Shown here: one piece after another, positions 1 through 9,032 of the stretch
How the letters are laid out: each line of letters starts with the position of its first letter
How positions within the stretch are numbered: position 1 is the stretch's first letter
The notes under the pieces: model-generated
Seen by the model: the letters and a program-made list of their open reading frames with translations, nothing else
Database searches by the model: none
What the model was told of the DNA's origin: nothing
Position numbers and translations under genes: made by a program
Assembly: GCA_024408435.1 (NCBI GenBank)
Contig: JAKSVA010000002.1
Location: 1 to 47,889, forward strand
Reading direction: 5' to 3'
From: Bacilli bacterium
Lineage (GTDB): Bacteria > Bacillota_I > Bacilli_A > RFN20 > CAG-826
Length of the DNA: 47,889 nt

Positions 1-51
1 CCAACGCTCATTGAGTTGCAGTCAATTGCCTTACCACTTGGCTAAGGATGC
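1..51 (-). tRNA. tRNA-Cys (anticodon GCA), 5' two-thirds only; the 3' part lies beyond the window start
   Basis: The reverse complement of 1-51 reads GCATCCT-TA-GCC-AAGTGGTAA-GGC-A-ATTGA-CTGCAAC-TCAAT-GAG-CGTTGG... This gives an acceptor arm, a D arm and a 5-bp anticodon stem ATTGA/TCAAT with loop CU-GCA-AC. The T arm runs off the window. Confidence 0.8.
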
Positions 52-69
52 ATTTTTCCAGTGCGTTAT

Positions 70-99
70 ATTATATCACTAACAATTATTTTTATTCAA
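70..99 (-). promoter_or_regulatory. Putative sigma-70-type promoter for tRNA-Cys
   Basis: Minus strand reads TTGAAT (99-94), 18 nt spacer, then extended -10 TGaTATAAT (78-70). It ends about 18 nt upstream of the tRNA 5' end at 51. Chance matches are common in AT-rich DNA. Confidence 0.4.
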
Positions 100-120
100 T
101 AAATAGCAAGTTATTAACGA

Positions 121-1038
121 TTAAGTTGATTTTTCGTTATCAATAAAATGCTGTAAGTACGTATTATTCAATGAGTCATATTTATGATTGTACTTATATG
201 TTAATTTAAAAGCTTTAGTGTCAGCACTATATTTCTTAAATTTCTTATCGTCATATTTATGGTTAAATTTTAAGTCAAAAGGGACTACACAAAATTTGTG
301 AACATATTTATTGTTAAGAGGGATTTTATCAATGATTGATTTTATATTTTGTAAATATCGGTATTGAATCTCAATTGTATAATCCAATAAAAAATAACAA
401 ATCAAGTGGTCGTGTTCTTCCCAATAAGAATAATGCAAATTTAAGCAATTGCGCATAATAACACTATTTTTTGAAGCGGCCATAAAATAAATAAACCATT
501 TTCCTCTATGAACAAGCACTCTATTAGCAAAAGTTGATTTTTGCTTAGGCGAATAAAAATGATATTTGGTAATATCATCAAATGGTTGATTTAAATAAAC
601 CGTTGCATCAATCCATAGGCCACCATATTTATAAAGCAATGCGCATCTAAGAATATCGGAAAAATGAGTTAGATCAATAATGCCATTTTTAAATTTACTA
701 ATTATTGAATCAGGTATATCGACATAACTCAAATAATTATTTTTGGTGATTAAAATTACATTTTTTCCATTTCTTTTAATTGAATTAATTGTTGTTTTAA
801 TTATTACTGGCGTTGTTTCATTGATGCCGTCCCACCAAAAAACAAAAGTTTTATAATCATTACCGATTACATTTTTATCTTCTTCTTGGCTTAGTAAATG
901 AAAATATCTTTTACGCAAATAATTGACAATAACCGAATTTCGCAAATGATTAAACACCGGAAAAATCGATAAACCAGTTAGGATACCAAAAAGAATTTTT
1001 TGGAAAATTGATAAACCCGGAGAATTCTTTTTTGGCAT
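121..1038 (-). CDS. Capsular-polysaccharide-synthesis family (Caps_synth-like) glycosyltransferase
   Basis: 305 aa. The pattern FVFWWDGINETTPVI...NVILITKNNYLSYVDIP...FSDILRCALLYKYGGLWIDATV is typical of Caps_synth / DXD sugar-transferase families. It is the last gene of the GT2-ABC cluster, 7 nt after the permease stop. Confidence 0.6.
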   Translation of the reverse strand: MPKKNSPGLSIFQKILFGILTGLSIFPVFNHLRNSVIVNYLRKRYFHLLSQEEDKNVIGNDYKTFVFWWDGINETTPVIIKTTINSIKRNGKNVILITKNNYLSYVDIPDSIISKFKNGIIDLTHFSDILRCALLYKYGGLWIDATVYLNQPFDDITKYHFYSPKQKSTFANRVLVHRGKWFIYFMAASKNSVIMRNCLNLHYSYWEEHDHLICYFLLDYTIEIQYRYLQNIKSIIDKIPLNNKYVHKFCVVPFDLKFNHKYDDKKFKKYSADTKAFKLTYKYNHKYDSLNNTYLQHFIDNEKST

Positions 1039-1045
1039 AAGTTAA

Positions 1046-2050
1046 TTACTTGATATAAGTTTTAACTGTATTTTTTCTACTCAAGAAGTTAAGGCCCATA
1101 AATCCGCAAGTAAAACCTGTGGTAATGTAAGCTTGAATATCAGGAGTGATGACTGCCCCACCTTGTAAGATTGGATCAACTGATAAATCAACTGATGTCA
1201 TCATATCCCTTATATAAAATATAAGGTTATAGCCAACTTGGTTCTTTAAAATGGAAAGTTGAGTAGGATTGAATTGATTACCTAATATCTCTAACGGCGA
1301 TTTTAAGTAAGCATAGCGCATTAACGCTGTGGCGTGTGTACCAGGAATAAAGAAAACAATATCTTGCATTAATTTTGGCATTAAACTAAGTGGCATAAAT
1401 GAACCAATTAGGAAACCTAGACAAGCGCTCACAACCGCTATAACGCTTGCGAGCGTTGCGTCAGTATCAATAAATGAACAAACAAGGGTTGTAAAGGCTG
1501 AAGCGTTTAAAGTAATAAAGGCTAAAACACCAAAAATAATTAAAACATCAAGAGCATTTAAATAAAATTCGTTCATCGCTGCTAAGAAAATAAAGGTAAC
1601 ACAGACAAAGCAGAAGCAAAGAAGTAACGTGATTAAGAAATTGAAGAACATATAAGCAAAGGTTACAACCGTCTTATGAATTGGTGCACTTGCAAAATCA
1701 CGGTTAATCCCGTTTTCTTTATCATTAATAATTAGATTATTAGTTTGTAGTGAAATCGAAATTGAACATAGAGCAACGTTACCAGAAAGGAACCACGAAT
1801 CCATAAACACCATTAAAGTTTTATCATCAATAGGTGGGATGCCTTCGATTGAATTAATTGCTTCACGGATTGATGATAATTCAAGCGAACGGAGAAAAAG
1901 GATATAAATAATCAAAATAATAATCGGTACCATTAGCGTGAAGAACATACGCATCTTATTTCTTGTAAAGACAAGGAAGTTCCGCTTGGTTAATTGAAAA
2001 AACACTTCGTGATTTCTAACTCTAACTTTTTTTGGCTTACTCATTTCCAT
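1046..2050 (-). CDS. ABC-2-type transporter permease
   Basis: Multi-pass hydrophobic protein directly after the ABC ATPase. Start set at ATG 2048-2050, which is preceded by GGAGA at about 10 nt. The longer ORF to 2089 would overlap the ATPase by 53 nt. Confidence 0.65.
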   Translation of the reverse strand: MEMSKPKKVRVRNHEVFFQLTKRNFLVFTRNKMRMFFTLMVPIIILIIYILFLRSLELSSIREAINSIEGIPPIDDKTLMVFMDSWFLSGNVALCSISISLQTNNLIINDKENGINRDFASAPIHKTVVTFAYMFFNFLITLLLCFCFVCVTFIFLAAMNEFYLNALDVLIIFGVLAFITLNASAFTTLVCSFIDTDATLASVIAVVSACLGFLIGSFMPLSLMPKLMQDIVFFIPGTHATALMRYAYLKSPLEILGNQFNPTQLSILKNQVGYNLIFYIRDMMTSVDLSVDPILQGGAVITPDIQAYITTGFTCGFMGLNFLSRKNTVKTYIK

Positions 2051-2975
2051 GGTCGTGTTTTCTCCCGGTAATGTTAATAAAGGCGTCATCCATTGTGCCT
2101 TTTAACACTTCGAAATCTTTGATTTCTTTTTCAAATTTCTTGAGAATATTAGTAACTTTCATTTTATTAGTGTGATAAAGTAAATAACCACCACGGTCCG
2201 TGTCATATTTAAACTCGACTTTATTTTTCTTAAGTTTTTTCTCAAATGTCGGACTAACTTTACCATAACTAATGATATAGTCTCGACTGTGTCGAGTTTT
2301 TAAATCAATTGGCAAACCATGTTCGATAATATGACCACGATCAATAACAATTACATAAGAAGCTTTTTCCGCTTCTTCTAGATAATGCGTTGTTAAGAAA
2401 ACGGTCATCCCGGTTTCGCGACGAATTTTATCAATAAGATGCCACACCGCTTGACGAGTTTTGGGATCTAGCCCAGTTGTTGGCTCGTCAAGAATTAATA
2501 AACGTGGCGCATGAACCATCGCTCGCGCAATATCAACGCGCCGTTTTTGTCCACCGGATAATTGAGCGATTCGCTTATGAAGAATTTCTTTTAAATCAAG
2601 TAATTCAATAATCGATTGAATATTTTTCTTTCTTTGCTCTCTAGTAAGAGCGTAAAAGGTAGTACGAATTGTTAAATTTTGTAAAACAGTTAATTGTTGA
2701 TCAAGGACGGAATTTTGGAAAACTATTCCAATCTCATTTTTAATTTTTTGGGCATCGGTATCTAAATCAAAGCCTTCCACATAAACTTTGCCACTATCCT
2801 TCTTAAGAATAGTTGAAATAATATTAATGGTGGTTGATTTACCAGCACCATTAACTCCTAAAAATGCAAATAAAGCGCCTTTACTAACGTAGAAAGAAAT
2901 ATTGTCCACCGCTTTTACTGAGCCATAGGACTTTACTAAATTAATCACTTCAACTGAATATTTACTATTTGGCAT
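2037..2975 (-). CDS. ABC transporter ATP-binding protein (ABC-2/DrrA-like, with C-terminal accessory domain)
   Basis: Walker A GVNGAGKST, Q-loop, signature LSGGQKRR, Walker B LLILDEPT, H-loop TTHY. Its start overlaps the GT2 stop by 11 nt. Confidence 0.9.
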   Translation of the reverse strand: MPNSKYSVEVINLVKSYGSVKAVDNISFYVSKGALFAFLGVNGAGKSTTINIISTILKKDSGKVYVEGFDLDTDAQKIKNEIGIVFQNSVLDQQLTVLQNLTIRTTFYALTREQRKKNIQSIIELLDLKEILHKRIAQLSGGQKRRVDIARAMVHAPRLLILDEPTTGLDPKTRQAVWHLIDKIRRETGMTVFLTTHYLEEAEKASYVIVIDRGHIIEHGLPIDLKTRHSRDYIISYGKVSPTFEKKLKKNKVEFKYDTDRGGYLLYHTNKMKVTNILKKFEKEIKDFEVLKGTMDDAFINITGRKHDHGNE

Positions 2976-4278
2976 TATTCGGGTTCCTATTAATTTCTTT
3001 CCATTTTGGTTTGCTTAATGTGCCTACACATATTGTAGCAGTATAAACTGCTAAATAGGCAGGAAATAAAAATCCAGCATCAAGCATTTCTTTTCGTGAC
3101 TTCGCACCAAACTTTTGATAATCCGAGAGAACTAGGATTAGAGCTTGCATGAAACCGAAGATAATAAATAAGCCACCAACCACACCAACAATTGACCAAA
3201 CTGTATTCCACAAAATTGTATGATAAAAAGTGTAGGAATAAAGATTACCTACAGTAATTATTCCGTTTTCCACTAAGCCAAGAAAAGTAAAATTATAAAT
3301 ATAAAAAAGTGGCATCCAAATACATAAAATTGGCGTTAAGAAAATAAAGATATAAGTCAAAAACATTTCCATATAAGAAAGTCGACCAGTTTTAAAGAAA
3401 CCGAAAAACATTTCTTTTAGTTTTGTTTTTAAGAGTTTAACGCTTCCCGCGCCAATTCGTAAATTGCGGTTAAGAGTATCTTTAAAAGTAGATGGCATAT
3501 CTTCGTAAACAACCGCATCTTCGACAAAATGCGCCTTAATTCCTTCTAAGATACGATTAAAACAAAATTCGGCATCATCAGAAATACTAGTTGAATCATA
3601 ACCACCACATTTCTTTAACATCCGAGTTGACATTGTTGCCCCACCACCATTAACATGAGCGGAAACACCAACTCGTTCACGCATCCGGCTACCATAACGC
3701 GAGTCAAATGAATAAAATAGTGTGCAAGCTTTTGTATAGAAATTTTGTGGACCATTAGTGCTTCCTTCATACGGGCGAAGGAAATCGTAACCACATTGAT
3801 AAGCATCGTTCATCAAAGATGAAAAATCACGATTAACATGATTATCCGCATCAAGATGAATGACTAAATCATATTTATCAGTTTTTAATATTTCATCAAT
3901 ACCATATTTTAAAGGATATAGCGCCATATGATGAGCCGGATCTGGATCATTATGAACTAAGACAATTGCGCCAGCTTTCTTTGCCAATTCAGCGGTGTTA
4001 TCCGTGCAATTATCGGCAACTACATAAACATCATATTTATCCTTTGGATAATTTTGGTTATTTAATAAATCACGAACTGAATCAAAAATAACATCAGCCT
4101 CGTTATGCGCTGGCATGATAAAAGCAATACGACTTTTTATTTCGCTTTTTGGATAAGTGCGCTTTTTTAACCAACAAAACAAAACATTAAAAACTTGAAT
4201 TAATAAGGGGATAGCGACAATGATTAAAATAACGTAGTTAACAATGCTAAGGACTCGATATAAGACCTCATACCACAT
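2965..4278 (-). CDS. Membrane-embedded family-2 glycosyltransferase (synthase-like architecture)
   Basis: 437 aa. There is an N-terminal TM helix, then a GT-A core (AFIMPAHNEADVI, VVADNCTDNT, HLDADN, SDDAEF), then about 4 C-terminal TM helices. This layout is shared with synthase-type GT2 enzymes. Confidence 0.7.
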   Translation of the reverse strand: MWYEVLYRVLSIVNYVILIIVAIPLLIQVFNVLFCWLKKRTYPKSEIKSRIAFIMPAHNEADVIFDSVRDLLNNQNYPKDKYDVYVVADNCTDNTAELAKKAGAIVLVHNDPDPAHHMALYPLKYGIDEILKTDKYDLVIHLDADNHVNRDFSSLMNDAYQCGYDFLRPYEGSTNGPQNFYTKACTLFYSFDSRYGSRMRERVGVSAHVNGGGATMSTRMLKKCGGYDSTSISDDAEFCFNRILEGIKAHFVEDAVVYEDMPSTFKDTLNRNLRIGAGSVKLLKTKLKEMFFGFFKTGRLSYMEMFLTYIFIFLTPILCIWMPLFYIYNFTFLGLVENGIITVGNLYSYTFYHTILWNTVWSIVGVVGGLFIIFGFMQALILVLSDYQKFGAKSRKEMLDAGFLFPAYLAVYTATICVGTLSKPKWKEINRNPNNAK

Positions 4279-4314
4279 AGCTAAATTTTAACAAAATTAT
4301 TGATAAATGCAAAA

Positions 4315-5805
4315 TTAAGCCGCTGACTTTAAGCGCCTTTGTTGACGCTGCTTTTTATTTCTAAACTTTAGGAAGGCAAAAACAAATATGGCAGAGGCAA
4401 TTAAAACAATTTCTATTACAAAAAGTACAATCGCCCATATTGGTAAAGATTCATGTTTAACTTCTTCCCACATTTTCAAAATTAAATCATTGTTATCGCC
4501 ATAATCTTTCATTACCATTAATGAATCGGCAACTTCCTTTTTAGGAAATTGCGCTGCTATTTGGCGGCCAAGATATTTTTTATCAATCGTTAATTCTTTT
4601 TGACTTTCATCATCAAAAAAATAACTAACATCGTATTTTTCGTTACTACTATTAGAAATAGGCGCGTATTTTTTGTTGTAATAATCAAAAATTTCTTTTC
4701 CTTGAATGGATGATGTATAACCAATTATCTTCATGTTTTTGATTGCGTTATTTGGTTCAGAGATAAAATCTAAAAATTCGTAGGATAATTCTTTATTCGC
4801 TCCTCTTTGCATGGTCCAACAGTCAAACCAAAGGTTGCTCCCCTCAGTTGGAATAGAATAATAAAGTTTTAAATTCTTTTCTTCTTCAGCGTTATTAATC
4901 GCTTTCACCGCATCACCACTCCACGCCGTGTCAATTCCAATTTTTTCGGTAACAATATCTTCTTTTCCGCTATCGACTTCAAAGCCAAAAATATTGTCAC
5001 GAAGAGTCAATAAATCTTGTTTAATCAAATCAATATGTTCTTTCGCGTTAGAATCATTTACTCCACCATAATCAAAAATCTTTTGTCGCTCAATAATTGA
5101 TTTATCTTTTAATTCGTCTTTAAAAGTATGAATTAATCCAATTGCATAAGTATCGCGCATCGAATCTTTTACCGAAACAACTTTTTGAAAACGCTCATCC
5201 CAAAGCGAGTCATACGATGTCATTGCATTATGGACATCATCAGGCTTTAGGCCGCGTGCGTCCAACAATTCATACGTTGGATTATAAAGGAGTCCGAGTG
5301 TTCCCCACATATAACAAACGGAATAATCATCTAGATTATATTTATCTTTATCGCCCCACTTAATGTTTTTAAGACGATCACGAATAAACGATGAGGCGTT
5401 TTTCTCGTAGTTAGGAATATCAGTTACTTTATTATCCATCCTTTCTAACAAATCAAGATTCACTAATTTTTGCACCATGTAATCACTTGCACACACTAAA
5501 TCATATTTAGTCTTTCCTGTCTTTAAGGTGTTGTACATATTTTCCATTGTGTCAAAAGTTTCATAAATCACTTTGACATTTCTGCCACAACTTTTTTCCC
5601 ACTCTTCAAAATCGTTTATTACATCAATGTCTTCTTCTTTTTTTTCATCGCCCTCTTGATAGATATAAGTTCCTCTTCCGATATAGTCTTCGCTATTAAG
5701 AATTCTTAAATAAGTGACATTAGGATCGTTAGGCCCACACGAAAATAGCAACGGCGAAGTCATTAATAAAGTTGCAATACCTAAGAATACTTTCTTAGCG
5801 AACAT
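4315..5805 (-). CDS. potD: Spermidine/putrescine ABC transporter substrate-binding lipoprotein, enlarged, with extra C-terminal TM anchor
   Basis: Start ATG 5803-5805 is preceded by GGAGG at 7 nt. Signal peptide with lipobox LLFSC-G. Last gene of the potABC-linked operon. C-terminal hydrophobic helix LPIWAIVLFVIEIVLIASAIFVFAFL followed by a basic tail. Confidence 0.7.
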   Translation of the reverse strand: MFAKKVFLGIATLLMTSPLLFSCGPNDPNVTYLRILNSEDYIGRGTYIYQEGDEKKEEDIDVINDFEEWEKSCGRNVKVIYETFDTMENMYNTLKTGKTKYDLVCASDYMVQKLVNLDLLERMDNKVTDIPNYEKNASSFIRDRLKNIKWGDKDKYNLDDYSVCYMWGTLGLLYNPTYELLDARGLKPDDVHNAMTSYDSLWDERFQKVVSVKDSMRDTYAIGLIHTFKDELKDKSIIERQKIFDYGGVNDSNAKEHIDLIKQDLLTLRDNIFGFEVDSGKEDIVTEKIGIDTAWSGDAVKAINNAEEEKNLKLYYSIPTEGSNLWFDCWTMQRGANKELSYEFLDFISEPNNAIKNMKIIGYTSSIQGKEIFDYYNKKYAPISNSSNEKYDVSYFFDDESQKELTIDKKYLGRQIAAQFPKKEVADSLMVMKDYGDNNDLILKMWEEVKHESLPIWAIVLFVIEIVLIASAIFVFAFLKFRNKKQRQQRRLKSAA

Positions 5806-6655
5806 TACGTAGCCTCCGTAAATTTTTCTTAGTGCCGAAAGTTTTCGCAAAATGATTACGGTACACTGCTACAATAACAACAACGGTTAAAACAATTAAG
5901 AAAAGAATTGTTGTTAACGCTCTTAATTCAGGTGGAATAGGCCCTTTCTTAATTTTGGCTTGCACTAAAGTTGATAAAGTTTCAATCGCTTTATCGCCGC
6001 TTAATAAACCAGGACCACGAAGGAAAGCTGTTACGATAAAGTCATCCAATGACAATGTCATTGATAACAAAAATCCACTGATTATGCCTGGAATAATTTG
6101 GGGAATCACGACTTTGACTAAAGCTCTGCGAGGAGTACACCCTAAATCCATTGCTGCTTCATATAGATTTGGATCCATTTGTTGAAGTTTAGGTTTAACT
6201 GATAAATAAACAAAAGGAAGTGATAAACAAACATGGCCAATTAACAAAGTATGGAAAGAGAAGAGAGAGGTTTTAAAAATCATTGAACCTAAAAAGACAA
6301 ATAAAACAGTTAATGACAATGCCATTACTATTTCTGCATTCACAACGGGAATCTGTGTCACTGCTTCGACAACTCGTTTATTTCTTTTTTTACTATAAAA
6401 AACGCCGATGGCACCAGTAGTACCTAATAAAACTGAAACAATGCTGGAGATAAGCGCAATGATAATAGTATTACCTAGCGCAACCATAATTTCTTGGTTG
6501 TGGAATAAACGCGGAAACAAATCGAATGAAAAACCTTTCCAAACGCCCACGTTAGTTGAATCGGTAAATGAAAAAACAATCAATAAAAGAATCGGTAAAT
6601 ACATTAAAAACAAAATGAGATAAATGTAAATGTTAGCGAAAATTTTCTTTACCAT
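5795..6655 (-). CDS. potC: Spermidine/putrescine ABC transporter permease
   Basis: EAA-loop motif EAAMDLGCTPRRALVKVVIPQIIPG. Multi-TM. Operon position after potB. Confidence 0.8.
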   Translation of the reverse strand: MVKKIFANIYIYLILFLMYLPILLLIVFSFTDSTNVGVWKGFSFDLFPRLFHNQEIMVALGNTIIIALISSIVSVLLGTTGAIGVFYSKKRNKRVVEAVTQIPVVNAEIVMALSLTVLFVFLGSMIFKTSLFSFHTLLIGHVCLSLPFVYLSVKPKLQQMDPNLYEAAMDLGCTPRRALVKVVIPQIIPGIISGFLLSMTLSLDDFIVTAFLRGPGLLSGDKAIETLSTLVQAKIKKGPIPPELRALTTILFLIVLTVVVIVAVYRNHFAKTFGTKKNLRRLRNVR

Positions 6656-7449
6656 GTGCCGCCCCTTGCTTCAGGTTCACGCGAAAAACGATGTGTCACT
6701 AGCATCGATAAGAAAATAATTATTAGCATAATAAGAGCAAGGAAACTACCAGTGTTCCATTGCGAATTTGAGAAAGAAATATAAATGGAGTTACCAAACA
6801 AAGTAATTTTCCCTTCACTTAAGGTATCACTAATTACATAGCTACTCATCGTTGGCATAAAAACCATCGTTGCCGCACTTACTACTCCTGGTAAAGATTG
6901 CGGAATGATATTGCGAAGAAAAACTTGAAATGGCGTTGCACCTAAATCGCTGGCCGCTTCAATTTGGCTCCGATCGAGTTTAAGCATTGTTGTATATAAA
7001 GGTAAAACTGTAAAAGGTAAATAGTTATAAACCATACCTATTAGCGTTGCTAAATATGGCACCTTTCCTCCGTTAATACCAAGCCAAGTTAATAGATCAC
7101 GAGTTGCTCCGGTTCGTAGAACGAAATTAATCCACATTGGCATAATAAATAAAGTAATCAAAACGCCGTTACGATTGAATTTTTTGTTAGCTAAAAAATA
7201 AGCGAGAGGATAACTGATAATTAAACAAATGATTGTTGTTTGTAAAGCGATAAACACCGAGTTTAGCAAAATGGAGATTTTAGTTGGGGTTGTAAAAAAA
7301 TCGACTAACGCATCAAAAGAAAAGAAACCTTTATTGTCAGTAAAAGCGTAAAAAATAATTAAAACAATTGGTAAAACAATAAATAAAACAAGAAAAACTA
7401 CATAAGGTATACAAAGGTACTTTCTTTGGAACCTAAGCGTCCTCTTCAT
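6649..7449 (-). CDS. potB: Spermidine/putrescine ABC transporter permease
   Basis: EAA-loop motif EAASDLGATPFQVFLRNIIPQSLPG. Multi-TM. Overlaps potA and potC. Confidence 0.8.
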   Translation of the reverse strand: MKRTLRFQRKYLCIPYVVFLVLFIVLPIVLIIFYAFTDNKGFFSFDALVDFFTTPTKISILLNSVFIALQTTIICLIISYPLAYFLANKKFNRNGVLITLFIMPMWINFVLRTGATRDLLTWLGINGGKVPYLATLIGMVYNYLPFTVLPLYTTMLKLDRSQIEAASDLGATPFQVFLRNIIPQSLPGVVSAATMVFMPTMSSYVISDTLSEGKITLFGNSIYISFSNSQWNTGSFLALIMLIIIFLSMLVTHRFSREPEARGGTW

Positions 7450-8947
7450 ATTTGCTGATATCTCCTTTTAAGCGGAGCTTGATATCATCCTTTTTCACAA
7501 TAATAGAAACGATATCGTTGATGTTCCACGAATCTTGCGTATCAATAATATAATCTTCTTCGCTTGAACTACGCACTAACACTTGATAATAATCGCCTTT
7601 CCAAATTGAGTTAATAATCACGCCATGAACTTCACTTGCTGAAATATCATCACTAAGGGCAATGGCTTTAATTTCAATTTCAACTGCCACAGGAGCATCA
7701 GTTAAGTTATAACGAACTCCATTTTTAACTAGATAACCATCATCATCAATTTTACTTCCAGGTAATAATTGAGTTAAGTCACATTCAAATTCATCATCTG
7801 TCATCGCAACTTTATTGTCTTTTGTAATGTAGGCATCGTAGAAAGCATTAATGTTATATTGTTTTTTCATAATCTGGATATTTTGTGGATCAATTTTAAT
7901 TGATACGTGTGAATCAACTTTTAAATCACGCGTATCACGAGCTTGTAATTCACTCTTACCAACTATTACTGTATATTCATAATGAACACCTTTAAAAATT
8001 TTGCTTTTAATTGTGCCGATTAAATTAGTGGTTCGTGGCCCCATTAAAATTACATCTTCAGGTCGAACCACAACATCAACATTTTCGTTAATCTCAAAAT
8101 CATCAACACAATCCCATGTCCAGTTAAGAAAGCGAACTTTACGTTTATCGACCATGTTGGCGCTATAAATATTTGATTCACCAATAAAGTCAGCAACAAA
8201 TGCATTCTGTGGTTCATTATAAATTTGCGTTGGGGTACCAATTTGTTGGACAACACCACTTTTCATAACAACAATCGTGTCACTCATAGTCAAAGCTTCT
8301 TCTTGATCATGAGTAACATAAATAAAAGTAATGCCAAGTTTCTTATGCATTTCTTTTAATTCAAGTTGCATTTCTTTACGCATTTTTAAATCAAGAGCGC
8401 CTAATGGCTCATCAAGCAAAAGAATTTCTGGTTCATTGACAATTGCTCGCGCGATCGCCACTCGTTGTTGTTGACCACCGCTAAGAGTATCAATTGAACG
8501 ATCCTCCAAGTCTTCAAGATCAACAATTTTTAATGCGCGCGCCACTTTTTGATCAATGACTTTAGCTGGAAGATGTTTCATCTTCGTCACTTCTTTACCA
8601 TTGCGCTTTTTAATCACAACAGGAACTTTTTTTAATTTAAGGCCAAACGCCACATTATCATAGACGTCAAGATGAGGGAATAATGCATATCTTTGAAAAA
8701 CAGTATTAATCGGTCGTTTATAAGGAGGAAGATTAGTCACGTCTTTTCCATTTAAAAGAACGCGCCCCTTACTCGGCATTTCAAAACCTGAAATCATTCT
8801 TAAGGTTGTAGTCTTACCACAACCACTGGGACCAAGGAAAGTAACGAACTCACCTTTTTTAATAAAAAGACTAATATCGTCAACAATTAAACTGTCGCCA
8901 AATGACTTACTTATATGGTCAAGCGTTATGATGTGATTATCTTCCAT
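7433..8947 (-). CDS. potA: Spermidine/putrescine ABC transporter ATP-binding protein (long form)
   Basis: Walker A GPSGCGKTT, signature LSGGQQQRVAIARA, Walker B ILLLDEPL, H-loop VTHDQ. A basic insertion KKVPVVIKKRNGKEVTKMKHLPAKV lies within the NBD, and the C-terminal region is long. Confidence 0.85.
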   Translation of the reverse strand: MEDNHIITLDHISKSFGDSLIVDDISLFIKKGEFVTFLGPSGCGKTTTLRMISGFEMPSKGRVLLNGKDVTNLPPYKRPINTVFQRYALFPHLDVYDNVAFGLKLKKVPVVIKKRNGKEVTKMKHLPAKVIDQKVARALKIVDLEDLEDRSIDTLSGGQQQRVAIARAIVNEPEILLLDEPLGALDLKMRKEMQLELKEMHKKLGITFIYVTHDQEEALTMSDTIVVMKSGVVQQIGTPTQIYNEPQNAFVADFIGESNIYSANMVDKRKVRFLNWTWDCVDDFEINENVDVVVRPEDVILMGPRTTNLIGTIKSKIFKGVHYEYTVIVGKSELQARDTRDLKVDSHVSIKIDPQNIQIMKKQYNINAFYDAYITKDNKVAMTDDEFECDLTQLLPGSKIDDDGYLVKNGVRYNLTDAPVAVEIEIKAIALSDDISASEVHGVIINSIWKGDYYQVLVRSSSEEDYIIDTQDSWNINDIVSIIVKKDDIKLRLKGDISKYEEDA

Positions 8948-8955
8948 ATTATTTC

Positions 8956-8974
8956 TCGTAGATATAATCTACGA
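8956..8974 (-). promoter_or_regulatory. Perfect 8-bp stem / 3-nt loop hairpin 8 nt upstream of the potA start codon
   Basis: TCGTAGAT-ATA-ATCTACGA, a perfect inverted repeat. On the mRNA strand it is followed by GAAATAAT-ATG. No T-run follows, so it is not a classical terminator. Confidence 0.3.
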
Positions 8975-8979
8975 AATTG

Positions 8980-9007
8980 AATATATATTAAAAAAATAAA
9001 AAAACAA
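8980..9007 (-). promoter_or_regulatory. Putative pot operon promoter
   Basis: Minus strand reads TTGTTT (9007-9002), 16 nt spacer, TATATT (8985-8980). This would place the transcription start at or just before the 8956-8974 hairpin. Confidence 0.3.
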
Positions 9008-9032
9008 CATTTTTTTTCATTATTTTTTGATT

